From Anthoceros angustus (lineage: Eukaryota; Plantae; Anthocerotophyta): a DNA stretch of 64,000 nucleotides. The stretch lies in contig MU008161.1 of NCBI GenBank assembly GCA_010909165.1, forward strand, positions 992,001 to 1,056,000, read 5' to 3'. Positions within the stretch are counted from its first letter, which is position 1. Each line of letters begins with the position of its first letter. Made by a program: the position numbers and the translations under genes. Shown here one piece after another: positions 1 through 14,383 of the stretch. The notes beneath the pieces are model-generated. The model had not been told where the DNA came from. It saw only the letters and a list, made by a program, of their open reading frames with translations, and did no database searches.

Positions 1-92
1 CCCCAGCCCGCTTCAAAACCCTGCTGCACCGCCAGGCGCATGCCATCACCTACAATGCCAGTGAAACGCGTTTCAAGTCATCCTGGAGTAAC

Positions 93-287
93 CAGCAGAA
101 AAGTGACTCCAGCCTCTTCCAGGTCCCGCCGCACCGGGGCTTTTGCGGGATCCGAGAGGGAGGAAGGCCGGACGAGGGCGAAGGTAGGATGCCCCAGCTT
201 CGCGCTGGCCAAGGAAATGTAGCGGCCAACGTATCCTGTGGCTCCAACTACCAGTATTTTGTCCGCCTTCTCCGAGCCCTGCCCCAT
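93..287 (-). CDS. Isoflavone reductase-like / NmrA-family (PCBER/PLR-like) reductase, first exon; gene continues beyond the window start
   Basis: KILVVGATGYVGRYISLASAKLGHPTFALVR is the typical IFR-family N-terminal Rossmann motif. ATG at 287, GT donor at 92. Confidence 0.85.
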
Positions 288-469
288 CGCCACCCACTTG
301 AATGCCTTCCGGATGTGATGCCGAGTTGTCGAATGCTCCCGTGAGATTGTTCAGCGCAGTTCATGAGAAGCCTGCCATGTAATCGCGACAGGGAACTCCG
401 AGACACGACATTGCATCGAGTGTGCACCCGGCAGTAAACTTCACCAGGCTGCTGGAATCGCAGACGCTC

Positions 470-765
470 AACATCACCACAAAGGTAAATGCGGCGTTTG
501 AAGAATCTTGAATATAGTCTTCTATAAAAACCTCGTCCAACTGGCTCAGGCCAAATGGACATAAATGGACAAACGACTTTCTCTTTCGGTCGTGCGGTGA
601 GACGTCTTGGCCACAAAGAACGAGGCACTGAACGATGAAGGTGTAGGGCAGCCCCGACGCCTTCACCGCCTCCCGACTCTCCAGCGTGGCTCGAACCAGG
701 GTATCTTTGGGAGGTAGAGCAGTGGTTCTAGCGAAGACATGTCCAAACTCTGAAGGAACCTCATT
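470..765 (-). pseudogene. Degraded isoflavone reductase-like fragment (middle exons)
   Basis: VPSEFG...REAVKASGLPYTFIV matches the IFR-family FxPSEFG...RRAIEAxGIPYTYV segment. The frame is disrupted downstream, and the fragment lies upstream of the intact IFR exon 1. Confidence 0.6.
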
Positions 766-879
766 GGTTCTCATGTTTTGCTGTGCTTGGGATGGAAGGC
801 AGGCCGGATGGCAGTTCAGATGTAGCAACATGAGAGGATGGGTCATGTCTGCTGATTGTGGTGGTGTTATTGTTTGCTC

Positions 880-1217
880 CAAAGCCCGCTCCTCTGCACA
901 CAACAACTGAAGTGGAGAAGTGCACTCAGAAACCGGTGAACGAGTACGCCCATATGCTGGCTCACGCTACTCCGCCTCTTCCAAAGTTCTTAGGGTACAT
1001 TACGTGAATTTGTCTGTGGTTGGTACGGTTCGGAGATGGGGAACAAGTGCCCTCTGTAGTCAGAAGAGAGCTGGAAAAGCTGCTAAGGTGGCTCGGGCTT
1101 GTGCACCAATATGGTCATACGATCGACAATGTTGCGCTCATTGTCACGGGAACTCTGCATAAACGGGATTTGCGGGAGCTTCTGGAGAAGTGTCATCCAC
1201 TGAACATGTTTGACAGG
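880..1217 (+). pseudogene. V-type ATPase subunit d fragment (two exons plus intervening intron)
   Basis: PAPLHTTTEVEKCTQKPVNEYAHMLAHATPPLPKFL and YGHTIDNVALIVTGTLHKRDLRELLEKCHPLNMFD match conserved VHA-d segments, followed by a GTGAG donor at 1218. No flanking exons are visible. Confidence 0.8.
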
Positions 1218-1729
1218 TGAGAAGCTGTTGCGGAGATGAAGTATTTGAGTCATTCTGTGGGACTTGGGTCTCTTTGATGGACTTCAGTGCCCCTGATGCA
1301 GTATTGGAACCCTGGCAATTGCTCAAAACAGGTGAGAACTGTGCCGCTTGGTGTTTGAGGGTTTCCCATCTTATGTGGATTCAGGGGTGCTCAGAAGTCA
1401 CGCATTCATGACGGCATACTGCTGATATTCTGAAGGCTGATGAAGTCATCGGCATCGTGATGATACGTTCGCATTTCTTTACTTTTCTGGGTATAAGGCA
1501 AGAAGAGAATTGTACGCCTCCTTCAAAGTTATGGAAGTCATTCACGTGCCCCCTCTTGCAAAGCTTGTTAATTCAAGAGCCATATGCCAAAGCCACTTTC
1601 CCCGCAAGCACACAACTCACAAAGAGAGTCCAACGCTGCACTTCCATCCACCTCCATCTCATCCTCCAGGTCCTCCAGGATAAGATAAACGAATTTGCTT
1701 TTCCCGTTCATGTCGTTCCTTTGAGTCCC

Positions 1730-1870
1730 TTCGTCCCCTCGCGTCAAACAGTTTGTCTTCAAGATATCGCAGTCTACTCCACAGAGCACAGCACGAGAAG
1801 GAGCCATGCTGACAACAGCTGGCAACAGGCCCTTATAAAGAGAAGTAAATCCCTGTGTCATCTGCGAGGC
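1730..1870 (-). pseudogene. Mitochondrial carrier (BT1/BTL-like) fragment
   Basis: TQGFTSLYKGLLPAVVSMAPSRAVLCGVDCDILK resembles the carrier segment EGFxSLYKGLxPSIxSMAPSGAVFYGVYDILK. It is an isolated fragment. Confidence 0.65.
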
Positions 1871-2252
1871 ACATCCAACACCACTGCTGTGGCCCTGCAG
1901 CGCCATATGGAACACCTAGCCGAAATGCCCACACCGGGAAGAAATGCCCGCCCCTTCCTTCCATCTTGGACCCGGAATCAGGCTCCGCCCCCACTGTCAC
2001 GACCTTGGGCGGTCTTTTGCCACAGCTACAAGCTCAATCCGGCAACTGAAGCCCCGGTTCCACCAGATCTGAGCCAAATTCCAGGCCTGCATACAGCTGC
2101 CCATCACTCGCAGGTGGGCTCAGCCAACTTCGTGACCTAGCCAGATCGACATGTCTCAGTTTGGACAGGGATGGAGTTAAGCAACCACATTCACCCCGCA
2201 AGCAATATTCTCTGGGGTACACCCTTGGGCACTGGCCAGTTCTTCATTGTTC

Positions 2253-3600
2253 TCACGGTCGACCCTTGCAACTGCAACAACCATTTGCGAATCAATGTAC
2301 ACCGTAGCCATCCCTTACAACAATGTCTCTCTGTTCAATCCTTGACATGATCTCCGTGGAACTGTGACCATCACTGCACATGCGTAGATTCTTTGTTACC
2401 ACCAGAGGTGTCCCACTCGGAGTATTCAAGAGGCCAAAAGCCAGAGCTAGCTTCTCAGCATGCCCACAAAGAGCATCTTCCTTTTCCTTCTCTGACGGTG
2501 GCTTCAACACCAATTTTGTGTGAGGTACGTGGCCTCCTTCCTCGCTCTTTCACCTCAATGGTTGCCACTGCAGGTTTCTTGTTAGCTCCTGCTGCCCATC
2601 TCAATGTTTCAATCCTGTCTACATCGGTCCACCTACCTGTATCTGCATAGGCATTGGCCATGAGCACATATGCGGGCGCCTCCTGGGGGTCCAGCTTAAC
2701 AATTCTTTCAAAACACCAGATCGCCCTCTCGATGTCCCCGTGACTTTTGCAGGCATTCAACAAAGACCTCAGGCCCACAACATTACTTTGGCCCTCACAT
2801 GACAATAGAATCTTTTCTGCCTCATCTAGGTGGCCTGCACGCCCAAGATCAGTCATGCAAATGTAATGTTCAATAGTAGGTTTGATGCCATGCTGTTCAG
2901 CCATGGAATCAAAGAGCGTTCGACCCTCATGGACCAGTCCCTCATGACTGCATGCTGCTAAAAGGCAAGTAAAAGTAGCATCATCAGGCTGAATACCGGC
3001 CACTAACATCTCCTCAAAACAAGCTAGGGCCTTGTGACCTTCATCACAAGCACCATACCCAGATATCAGGGAGGTCCATGTCACCACACTCTGTGTTCAT
3101 GCTGTCAAAAACCCGGCTTTTAACCACAGCACCTCGCCAGAACCCTTACGCCGGAAGTCAGGCGAACGGGAGCTCTTCTGAGCTCGCCTGTTGTCCCACC
3201 ACATGGTAGGGTCTAGAAAAAGTTGTTGCCACAAGCGCTCCTGCTCCTGGCAACGACCATCGCTGGAAAACTCGTCCCCACCCACGCATTTTCTCGGAAG
3301 TGGAAGTGCTGGGCTCCTTACACTGCTGCACCTGGAGGCTTTGTTTGCCAGGAGTTGACTCCCTGAGATGTGGTGACCGGGAGCTCCTCGTGGAATCCCT
3401 GTACACACACCAATTTGTTGCGTCGAGAACCGCTCCGGTTGCCATACTGTGGCCATCGTTCAGGGTCCGCTGTCGGAAGATGAGTCTTTACAACAGACTC
3501 TGGCTGGATGCCCAGGTACAGTGCATGACCACACCATACGGGCTGGCTCCGATGCCGCAGCCTCTAAAAGCAACACGCAGTTTCCTCGACGCTTTGCCGT
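2253..3600 (-). pseudogene. PLS-PPR RNA-editing factor pseudogene, DYW:KP / GRP-type (U-to-C class), with an N-terminal PDF motif
   Basis: P2-L2-S2-E1-E2 motifs lie at 2560-3087, followed by KKPAVATIEV, HAEKLALAFGLLNTP and the terminus H*FANGCCSCKGRP* (stop at 2253-2255). Lesions: in-frame TGA at 2292-2294, CxDCH changed to CSDGH, a deletion/frameshift after IEVK, and most of the PPR array deleted at about 3115. The 5' limit is approximate. Confidence 0.9.
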
Positions 3601-5174
3601 CCCTTAGTTGGTGGTGCTTGTGGGTGCGGGCCCCAGGGCGGAAAAAAGAGACACAATTGCACTGGCAGGCTGGTGAAGATTTGTCTGGAGGTAAACGGGG
3701 GCAGTGAGGAGGATTGGGGTGGAGACGGGCAAACAAGGAAATTGTGGTAGACTTGTCCGAATTCAGAAGAGAGTGAACTAAGAGAAAGGCGGACGGCCGG
3801 GCACCGCAAACGATCATAGCGGCCGATGCCCATCATGACTACCATGTTCTCCGATGCCCATATTCTCTGCCATGTTCTCTGCTTCAGCCTGCTCATGAAA
3901 GTGACTTCATCTGGTTGAATATTTCGTGACTTGCTAGGATGATTGGCACTCTCCCGTCAATTTTCAAAGGTTCTGTAACAGGACTCCAGTGCCATCCGAG
4001 CCTTTTCATCCGGGGCAAAGCATGTATGGAATCCAAACCCTTTGCCCTAAAGCTGGCGAAATCAGCTCTCGAAACTGTGGCTGATGGCAGGGACAGGATG
4101 CGCTTCAATCATCAGCAAGTTTTCTCGGAATGATCTTCCTGTCTACTGAAGGACGCTCTGTCTTGTGAAACAGAACGAATGAGCCAGGACCGAGTTGGAT
4201 ACAGAGGGCGCAATGGGGCACCATCTGCATTTTTTGTGTGGGAGCTGCTGCTGGGTTAATGGCATCATGTGCCTGCTGGAGTGCTGCTCCATCAGTGCAC
4301 AGGAACTTCCCCAGCAACGTCCTAACTGACATTAGCTAAACGTGATTCCAAGGGAGACCCGTTCATGTAGCAAACTCTCAATTGTGATGAAGCTGAGCAA
4401 ACCATCGGCGATCAGAGCCAGATTCTGTTGCGCCTGCCAGGTTCTGTATGAGGCATCCAAGTGTCCAATTCCTGCTTTTCATCACAGCCTTCATACGAAA
4501 GCAGAGGACTACGGACCTTGCAGTGACACGCTGGGAATGTAACTGCAGAGATAGCCTCTGCGGTTCCATCTGGATTGACAGCGGGGGCTGAAACTGCCTG
4601 AACAAGCAGCTGTCAGTCTTCACAATTTATTCAGGCTCAGAAAATTTATTCACAAGCAGCTCACGCATATCTATGCTATGCTCCTTGCATACCAGGCGTG
4701 CATCGCCATGATCACTCCGCTCCCCAATTCCACGAGATGGCCACTACAGGATTGCAACGAACTAGGAAACAGCTGAATCAGGATGTAGGGCTCTCCCTCC
4801 TACATAAGAGCCCTGGCTGTGTTCAAGTGAGTCGATCGCTGTGAGTCTGAGCACTCTGGACTCCTGGAGTGATTCTTGTATGTTGTTACTGCTCATGTCA
4901 TGAAGGTGTTGTTGTGATCCTGCCTTGTATGTATTGTACTTATCCAGATACATATTCTTACAGTTATTGCATCGTATATTGTGATCTGTTCTCTGTGCGA
5001 TTCGTCGCATACCATACCACAGCAACAGCAAAGCGTATTTCAACATTTACCGTAATCTCTTCTGTACCGTATCTTACCGTAATCTGCAATTTTTCGCACA
5101 ACAGCAAAGCCTATTTCAACATTTGCGATCGTGAGCTGTTGCTGCTGAGTGCGCGTCCAACAGCCGGCCTGCCA

Positions 5175-7311
<2,137 letters not shown>

Positions 7312-7879
7312 TTGTGGTGCCTCTGGCTTTTTATCCCCTACTTTTGCGACCACGGAAGTCTTCTCCAGGCTTATTTTCAACAGCCTTTTGCCTTTGAGGT
7401 GGCAGAACTCCACTTCCCCGTCATCCCCGTACAGGGCATGTCAGCCCCAGAAAGTCGTCAACCCTTTTTCGGTTAGTTTTCGTTATTCAGTGATAACTAC
7501 CTAATGCAAGAAAAGTACAACGGGACGTGCCTACCACTACAATTATTATGGCGTTGTCCTCTATCCCCACAGGTGCTGCTCATGTCAAGGAGTATGGGCC
7601 AAGCATATTTGCGCGGTTAGAATCATTGTGCCCTCGGTTTCTTGAGCAAGCTTCACATGAACATCCTTACGCTGTTGTGACTGTTCACAGAAAATTGGGA
7701 CTCGTCAAAATCCTTTACCCTTGATCAATCCATTCTGAAAACAAAAATTCGGCAACAAATCTGAACCACTCGAAAAATCCATTCTGAACAGACAAAATGT
7801 CTCTGGAAACACAAAAATTCGCTAACAAAACTGAACCAGGGGTTAGCAAATCCCGGACTCCTATAGCCGGGTTGACGGG

Positions 7880-8353
7880 ATGATGGTGCCCCACCGTGCT
7901 AGTTGTCGAGTTGGCGCTTCGGGTTCGCTTCAGTACAGATACGACATGCCGTCTGTATGGTGCTATGTGCCGCTGCATATTGTTGTTCAGGATTATGACG
8001 CAGGCTCACATGTTTATAGAGGGTGTGTCACTTGTTTCACACGGATCTCCCCAAATGGGTGGTGCAAAAAGTGTAAGGATGTGGTAAGTGGACAGCTGCA
8101 ATATCTTTTACGGCTCCTGCTTGCAGACTCAAGTTCTGAGACATGGGCAACGCCCTTCACTGCCGGTAGGGATTTGATTAGGTTGACTCCTCAGGAGTTC
8201 AGCATGAAGGAACTAAGAGGGGAAGCACTAAGAGGGGAAGCCTCTGAGCTGCTAGACAAGCTGCGACGAAGGCACTTCTTTCTTCTTTTGCCTCTTCTCC
8301 ATCAAGCGAGCAACAGCTCGACACCCTACAAGTGTCATTATTTTACGAGCTGA
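7880..8353 (+). pseudogene. RPA70-like C-terminal OB-fold/zinc-ribbon fragment, possibly Helitron-derived
   Basis: YRGCVTC...WCKKC...YLLRLLLADSSSETWATPF...LIRLTPQEF matches the RPA1 DBD-C pattern. No complete RPA gene is visible. Confidence 0.65.
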
Positions 8354-9798
8354 TGTAATGTATATTCAGGACCTAATTCCTACCATAAGCAAGGCAGAGA
8401 GCACACCGGGAACACTAGGAAGACCCTCTATAGATAACAGCCCAAGGATGCCAGGAAATCAAGGTATCCCCTCAGTTGAACTCGACATTGACATGAGTAC
8501 ACCTTCTCATGACATAGAGAGAAACTTGCAAGGAAGCCTTTGCTGCTGGTTGTTGCTCTTGTGATGTGCTCGGGTTTGTCTATAATGGTAGCTATAGTCA
8601 TAGTGTCCCTTCTAAGTATCACCCTTGTTAACATTTCTCTAGTACTTTGTCTTGCAGGCATTGCATTGTGCTGGTTTATGTAAGTGCCCACACTCTTTGA
8701 TCAAAGTATGGAAAAGATACATCACGGAGTGCAAGCGTTTTGGTTCTTGCTCATAATCACAAAAAACGCTAAACACACATCCATGTATCTAGCAAGAGAC
8801 AATCGAAAACTAACTACCATATAGATATCTCTGCGACATTTCTCAACGGCACACACTATGCCATAGGTGTGTCTGTTCTCCCGACTGCAAGCTCCACAAA
8901 GGTTTGCTGCTTTTTTTGGCCAGAAGCTTCCAACTACTCCTAGATTCCCATAACGCAAGCTTCCTTTTCAGGTTGTTGTCAGAAGGTAGGATCAGCCAAG
9001 ATAAGCACTGTCGGCATTCATTCTTCTCTACAACTTTAATAGCACTTTTTACTAAACAAGTAGTGAGAGTGACTTCCTCCACACTCTTGAGGAGCACACA
9101 CTTGCAGGTGGAGAAGATTCAAAAAAGGATAGAGAAAGAAAGTCTCTTTTGAGTCCGAGGGTCTCTAATTGACTAGACCACCACCTCTGCTGGTAGATTC
9201 AGACTCCATGCTGTCCACACTATCCCAAGCCCTAGGCCCATAACCCGACTATGGCGGTATGGTGCATGGGAACATAATACCCCTATTAGGGTTGCTTTGC
9301 TGCTCCCCCTTGAGCTCTCGGGTCTCCACTCTCACTGCTTGAGTGTGTGTGGTGCGTGGGGCACTCGCAACCCCCGCCTCAACCCCAGCTTCAGACGAAA
9401 CACAACATGACGTACTTGCACGTATGTTTAAATTGGTTGCACCACTTCAAGATTAACCTCCACCCCTACTTCAATTCCAATTTCCACGCGGGCGTATGAG
9501 CTACCCATGTGCTCAATCTATGTCGTAATCCGTTGTTTTTGTTCCCGTAGTACATAAATATATTTTTTATCATATCTCATATTTTAAACATATTAAATAA
9601 AAATTTAGTCTTGAGATCTAAAGACGTATTTTGATTATTTTACTTAGTATGAGAAAATTACTTACTTACTTACTTAAGAGAAAATTTTGAAATCTATTTA
9701 TATTTTAATTCATAAATAAAAACTTAATATAAATAATTTATAGGTACCTATATTGTAGATAGGTATAGGTAGATAACTCTGTAATGTGTGGTGTGTTA

Positions 9799-9900
9799 AA
9801 ATGGCTTAAGCATGAATACACATTTATAAGAGCATTCTTGCGTTTAGATTGATACTTAGATGGGATGCCTAGAGGGAGTGGATCATAGACTACTTCTTCT
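9799..9900 (+). repeat. Diverged copy of the short interspersed element at 19354 and 21856
   Basis: Shares AAATGGCTTA..., TTTATAAG and GATACTTAGATGGGATGCCTAGAGGGAGTGGAT with the other copies. Confidence 0.65.
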
Positions 9901-10292
9901 CCTTCCTTCCAAGTAGACTATAATAGACCACTTCTTCTCTTCTGGTTGGTGGCCATAGTTAACTCGACTTAGCTAGTTGAAAGATGGTCGAGCATAGATG
10001 GAGCGTTGTACTCTTGGCTTGTGAGGTAGTGGGAGGAGAAACGAAAAGCGTAGGTGGTCAAATTTGAAGCACAGAATGCTCTTCACATAGACCTACGCGG
10101 TGGGAAAGGTCAGGTTCGGGAGTTGGCGACTGGAAGTGTGAGGCGAGCAGGAGGATGAGTAGGATGATGCAAAGCTTGTAGGGAAGGGAATCGGAGCCGG
10201 AGTCCGAGCCGGAATCGGAACGGGAACGGGAGTGGTCCCGGCCGGGACACGGCGTGCCGGTCCCAAAGGGCTCGCAAGTTGCAAGGCAAGGC

Positions 10293-11910
10293 ATGCCGCG
10301 CTCAGTTTCGAGGTCGCCTCCCCGCAAGGGGAGGCGCAGGTCTCCCGTCCGCACTCCATCATCCCCAAGCCATCGGCACAGCAGTAGACGGAGCAGGCGT
10401 GAGCATAGAAGCCGCTCACCTCCACATGCTCATTCTCACGGCAGGTGTGTTACAGAGAGAAACGATGGCCCCATGCTTTGGCATCTTTGAGCTGCTGCTG
10501 TTGTTGTTGCTCTAGAAGCCATGTGAGTGTCTCGAATGTGTCAAGAAGTTTGATGAGGAAAAAAAGGGAAGGAATGAGAATGAGTTGGGAGCAAGCAGGC
10601 TCGGGATGGAAGGATTGGGGGGTGATGAAGCTGCCGGTACGGTGTCTTGGAGATAAAGCAAAAAAGCAGGACCACCCCTTCCATACGCTCTGCGTCTGCG
10701 TCTGCTTCTGCTTCTGCTCTGCTGAACCCTGATGGCTGGCCGCCCTCTGCCTCCTCTGGTAATGCTGCCATGGATGCGCCTAACCCTGTTGCTTTCAGCT
10801 CCGGGCCCCGTTTGTGCTGTACTTGTAGGGTTGGGGTTAGCATCAGGCTTTTGCTTTGGGGAACGGGGACTCTCAAACGGGCGGTGCCTCGGTGCCTGGC
10901 TGGCTGGCTGGCTGGCTGGGAAAAAAATCCAAGGGCTTGGGCCAGGATGCAGTATGCAGTAGTAGCTCAGGACAGGAAAGGACAAGGGCAGGGTTGCCTC
11001 CTCTTGCTTCCGTCCTCGGCACGGAGTCTTGTTTGTGCTGCTGCTGCCGCCCCTTTGCTGACTGGCCGTTTGCTGTGTTGATCAGGCACAAAAGTAGATC
11101 CGTGTCTCCTACTCCAAGGCGAGTGAAGCGCCGTGCAAGTCGCAGCCGCTCGCGGTCGCCTACTCTTAATAAGTTCAGGAGTGCAAGTGAACAGGCTTGT
11201 GCATTTCAAGTTCTGCCAAAGCTATGCTAGGGGTCTGGAGAGTGTGGCACATGTATGGTTTGCTCTCCCGCCAGCAGGAGCACAGTCAGGTAGCAATGAT
11301 TCCACGTTGTGTGACTAGTTGGATGGCAGGCGCCAGCAAGAGATTGAGTTAAAGCTCATCCAAGAAGAGGCTGCCAAAAGAGTGGAAGAAGCCGTCAAGA
11401 AGAAGGTGCAGGAAGCGCTGAGTTCGGACGAGGTGAAGGCCGAGATCGACGCTAGGATCCAAGAGGGTCGAAAGCAAATCCTGGAGGACGTGGCAGCCCA
11501 GCTGGAGAAGGAGAAGCAGGAGGCCTTGGCTGAGGCCAGGAAAAAAGAGGTCAGTCAGGCCTCACTTTCTTTGGTGCACAGCCTTTCTGGATATATGCAT
11601 CCTCTCATCTCACTCATCTTGACTGCATCTTGTCTGCCCACAGGAGCAGAGCAGGCGAGAAAAAGAAGAGCTGGAGAGAATGCTGGAGGAGAATAGGCAG
11701 AAGATCGAGGAGTCGCAGCGAAGGGCAGCCGAAGAACAAGCGAGGAAGGAGGAGGAGCGGTATAAGGAGCTGGAAGCCTTACAACGCCAAAAGGAGGAGG
11801 CTCTGAGGAGGAAAAAGCTCGAAGACGAGCAGGGTCGAGCAGAACAGATGAAGATTTTAGGAAAGAAGAACACGAGGCCCAAGCTGTCATTTGCCCTTGG
11901 TTCCAAATGA
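10293..11910 (+). CDS. ARGLU1: Arginine/glutamate-rich protein 1-like (RS-rich N-terminus plus coiled coil)
   Basis: Exons about 10293-10444, 11086-11194, 11319/11330-11549, 11644-11910. RRQQEIELKLIQEEAAKRVEE and the C-terminal ILGKKNTRPKLSF are typical of plant ARGLU1. The exon 2/3 junction is uncertain. Confidence 0.88.
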
Positions 11911-12411
11911 CGGAGCACGTAGGAAGGCAGTACCTAGTAGGTCTACGGGTCTTGCATTTGTAGTGACACAAAGTCGCAAACTTTTAGATATTCTTTTTTG
12001 TTCCGGTAGCACTCAGCGACTGCAGCTAATTTGTAGCTTCGTCATGAGGTGTTCCCCCTGGCCGCGGTCGAACCGGAACGCGCGCGCAGGAATGGTCGAT
12101 GGACTCGAGTGCCATCGCTTCTGTGCCTGTTCTTCCTCTCAAGGCTGAAGCGCTCAAGCGGCGTCGGGAGACCAGGCACGGACAGTCGTAGCGCAACGAC
12201 ACAAGTGGCGGCGACCGGTCGCCGTCGCCTGCCTTCGTCCTCGCGATGTACATATCCACGATACACATCCGGGATGCAGGTTCCCTCGACAGGAGAGCCG
12301 GGCACCAGCCGGGGTGCCGCCGGCAGCGGCAGTCGCTCGTCCGGGGGATTCATATGGCCCGAAGCATGGCAGCGCCTTGCGCGGCAGCTTGCCGCTAGTC
12401 TAGACGCCATC

Positions 12412-14383
12412 ATGCAGCGCCGTTATGCCGAGCTCCAGATCCGTGATGCTCTCAACCGCAGGTTTGCCCTCGCCTTGCCTACTGTATTAGCCGACGCCTC
12501 ATGCTTACGCTTGGAGATTCCTTGTGCAGAAGGGGCGGATGTTTGATGTGTTCGCGGGCATTGGTGGTGGTGAATTGACGGGATGTGAAATGGCATTATT
12601 TGTGGTTTTTGTATGTGATGGGAGATTGCGGCCCAAACTAGGGCGTGAATCAGGAAGGGCATGGTCCGAATGGATGGAAGCGTTTTTTGTGTAACATAGA
12701 TGGCATGGCGGTTGGGCAGATTTTGAGGTAAGGTTGGTGCGGCATGTGCAGGTCAGATTATGTGGAAGCATGCAAGGAGTTAGCTCTGTTGTTGAAGGGA
12801 GCCTATACCAAGGTGCCCAAGCTGGTTCAGGCAGCGTTGTATGATGATGTACTTGTAGCATTCCGCGCACTGCCCAGGTACGTTGGGTTGTTCGCGTGTA
12901 CCCTGGTATGCAGAGGGCTTGCAATCGGTAGCGTCAGGTTTCTGATTGTTGGATGGGGCTGTCGGACTCTTACAGCTTGGATACAAGTAAGGAGCTATCA
13001 GCAGCAAATGCACTTCTGCTAGCTGCGGAGAGCGCTCTGCCCAAACAGCGACGGTTTACAGCTGCAAGCGAGTACAAGCATGCTGCAATTGCTCAGAGCC
13101 GCCGATGTAAAAGGCAGCAGCAGGAAGTTGCTGGTGAGCACATGGAGTTTGGTTTTGTTTTCTCCAGAAGCAGTGTTCTTTGTTGCATTTGCTTCGTTCT
13201 GAATGTTGGCGTTGGACTTCATTGGCATGGCATATCTCTAGGAAGGTGCACCATCTAAGGTGGATCCGGAGGATGTTCTCATGTTTGCGTGACTCCAGCC
13301 TGAAGGACAGGAGGCTAGGTAGTACAGCAATTTCTGTCCCCTCGAGCTTGACATTGGAATCTGAGACATCGTTATTGTGATGTGTGCCAGACCATGTTCC
13401 ACTCCCTCATGATGTTCTGGTCCAAGTCTTTGGATTTTTGGATGCTTCTGGGCTAGCAGCAGCTCGTGCTGTGTGCAGGTCCAAACCTTTTTCTCTCGAT
13501 AAATTATTATGAGTTGGTAGATGGTCGTATGCCTGGTTGATGAATTCCAGGGACACGGTAGGAGTTTGTGTGGGGCAAGGGTTACTACTTGTGGTGGAGA
13601 ATCAAGTAGTGCAATCTGAATTGGATGAGAATTGGTCAAAATGTATACATTCTTAGGGAGACGGCTGATCAAACCAACGGTGATTTCTGGCAGGGACTGG
13701 AGAGCTGCAGCCACGGATGACTCTCTGTGGCGCTCAATATACCTTTTTCTGCTTGCCACCAGTACGGACAGGGAGGTTGATTTTCAGATTCCCGCTGGAG
13801 TTGCTGGTGTAGTTCCTCCAACACCCGGAACCTGGCTCAAGACGTTTGAAGCTGGTCGCCAAGGTTGTTAACCCTTCCCACTTTCTTTAAAAGGATTGCA
13901 ATCCCATTCTTAGACTGTTTACGCCAGTCCTAACTCGGGATGTGTTGCATATCGGCAGCCAGTCCTCATTCACTCTTTCTCTCCAACCGAGCGTACTGCT
14001 TGAATTGTAACTGCGTCCTTTGGATGAGCGAGCTACCTTGGAAGCGAGAAATCCAGCCTGGCTGCAACAGACGGGTTGGTCAACACGAGCAGCATAGACT
14101 AAGGCCTCTGACTCCCGAACAGGCGCGTTCTCTCTCGCCATGTTTCCCGCCAGTAATGTGGGCTATGTTGTGTGGAAGTTTCTCAAGATTTTTGTGTTCG
14201 TGTTCTCAGGTGCTCAGGTACATAATAAAAGATCAACCCTGCACGAGCTCGTCGTTGAGCAGCGGGAGTGACACTGAAGATGAGGGTGACGAAGGTGAAG
14301 ATCATGGATCCCCGTCACGTCACCGCTTTTTCAGGCTGTGGGCGCACCCAAGATATCAGGGCGATGACATCCTGCATCAATAA
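12412..14383 (+). CDS. F-box protein (conserved plant family, At5g52880-like as recalled)
   Basis: Exons about 12412-12461, 12752-12877, 12976-13133, 13391-13478, 13694-13854, 13959-14122, 14210-14383. ACKELALLLKGAY and AAESALPKQRR are present, and the F-box reads LPHDVLVQVFGFLDASGLAAARAVCRDW. Confidence 0.88.

Noticed and set aside
1457-2140. 227-aa + strand ORF
   Set aside because: It has no motif, and the recognisable homology (carrier fragment) is on the opposite strand.
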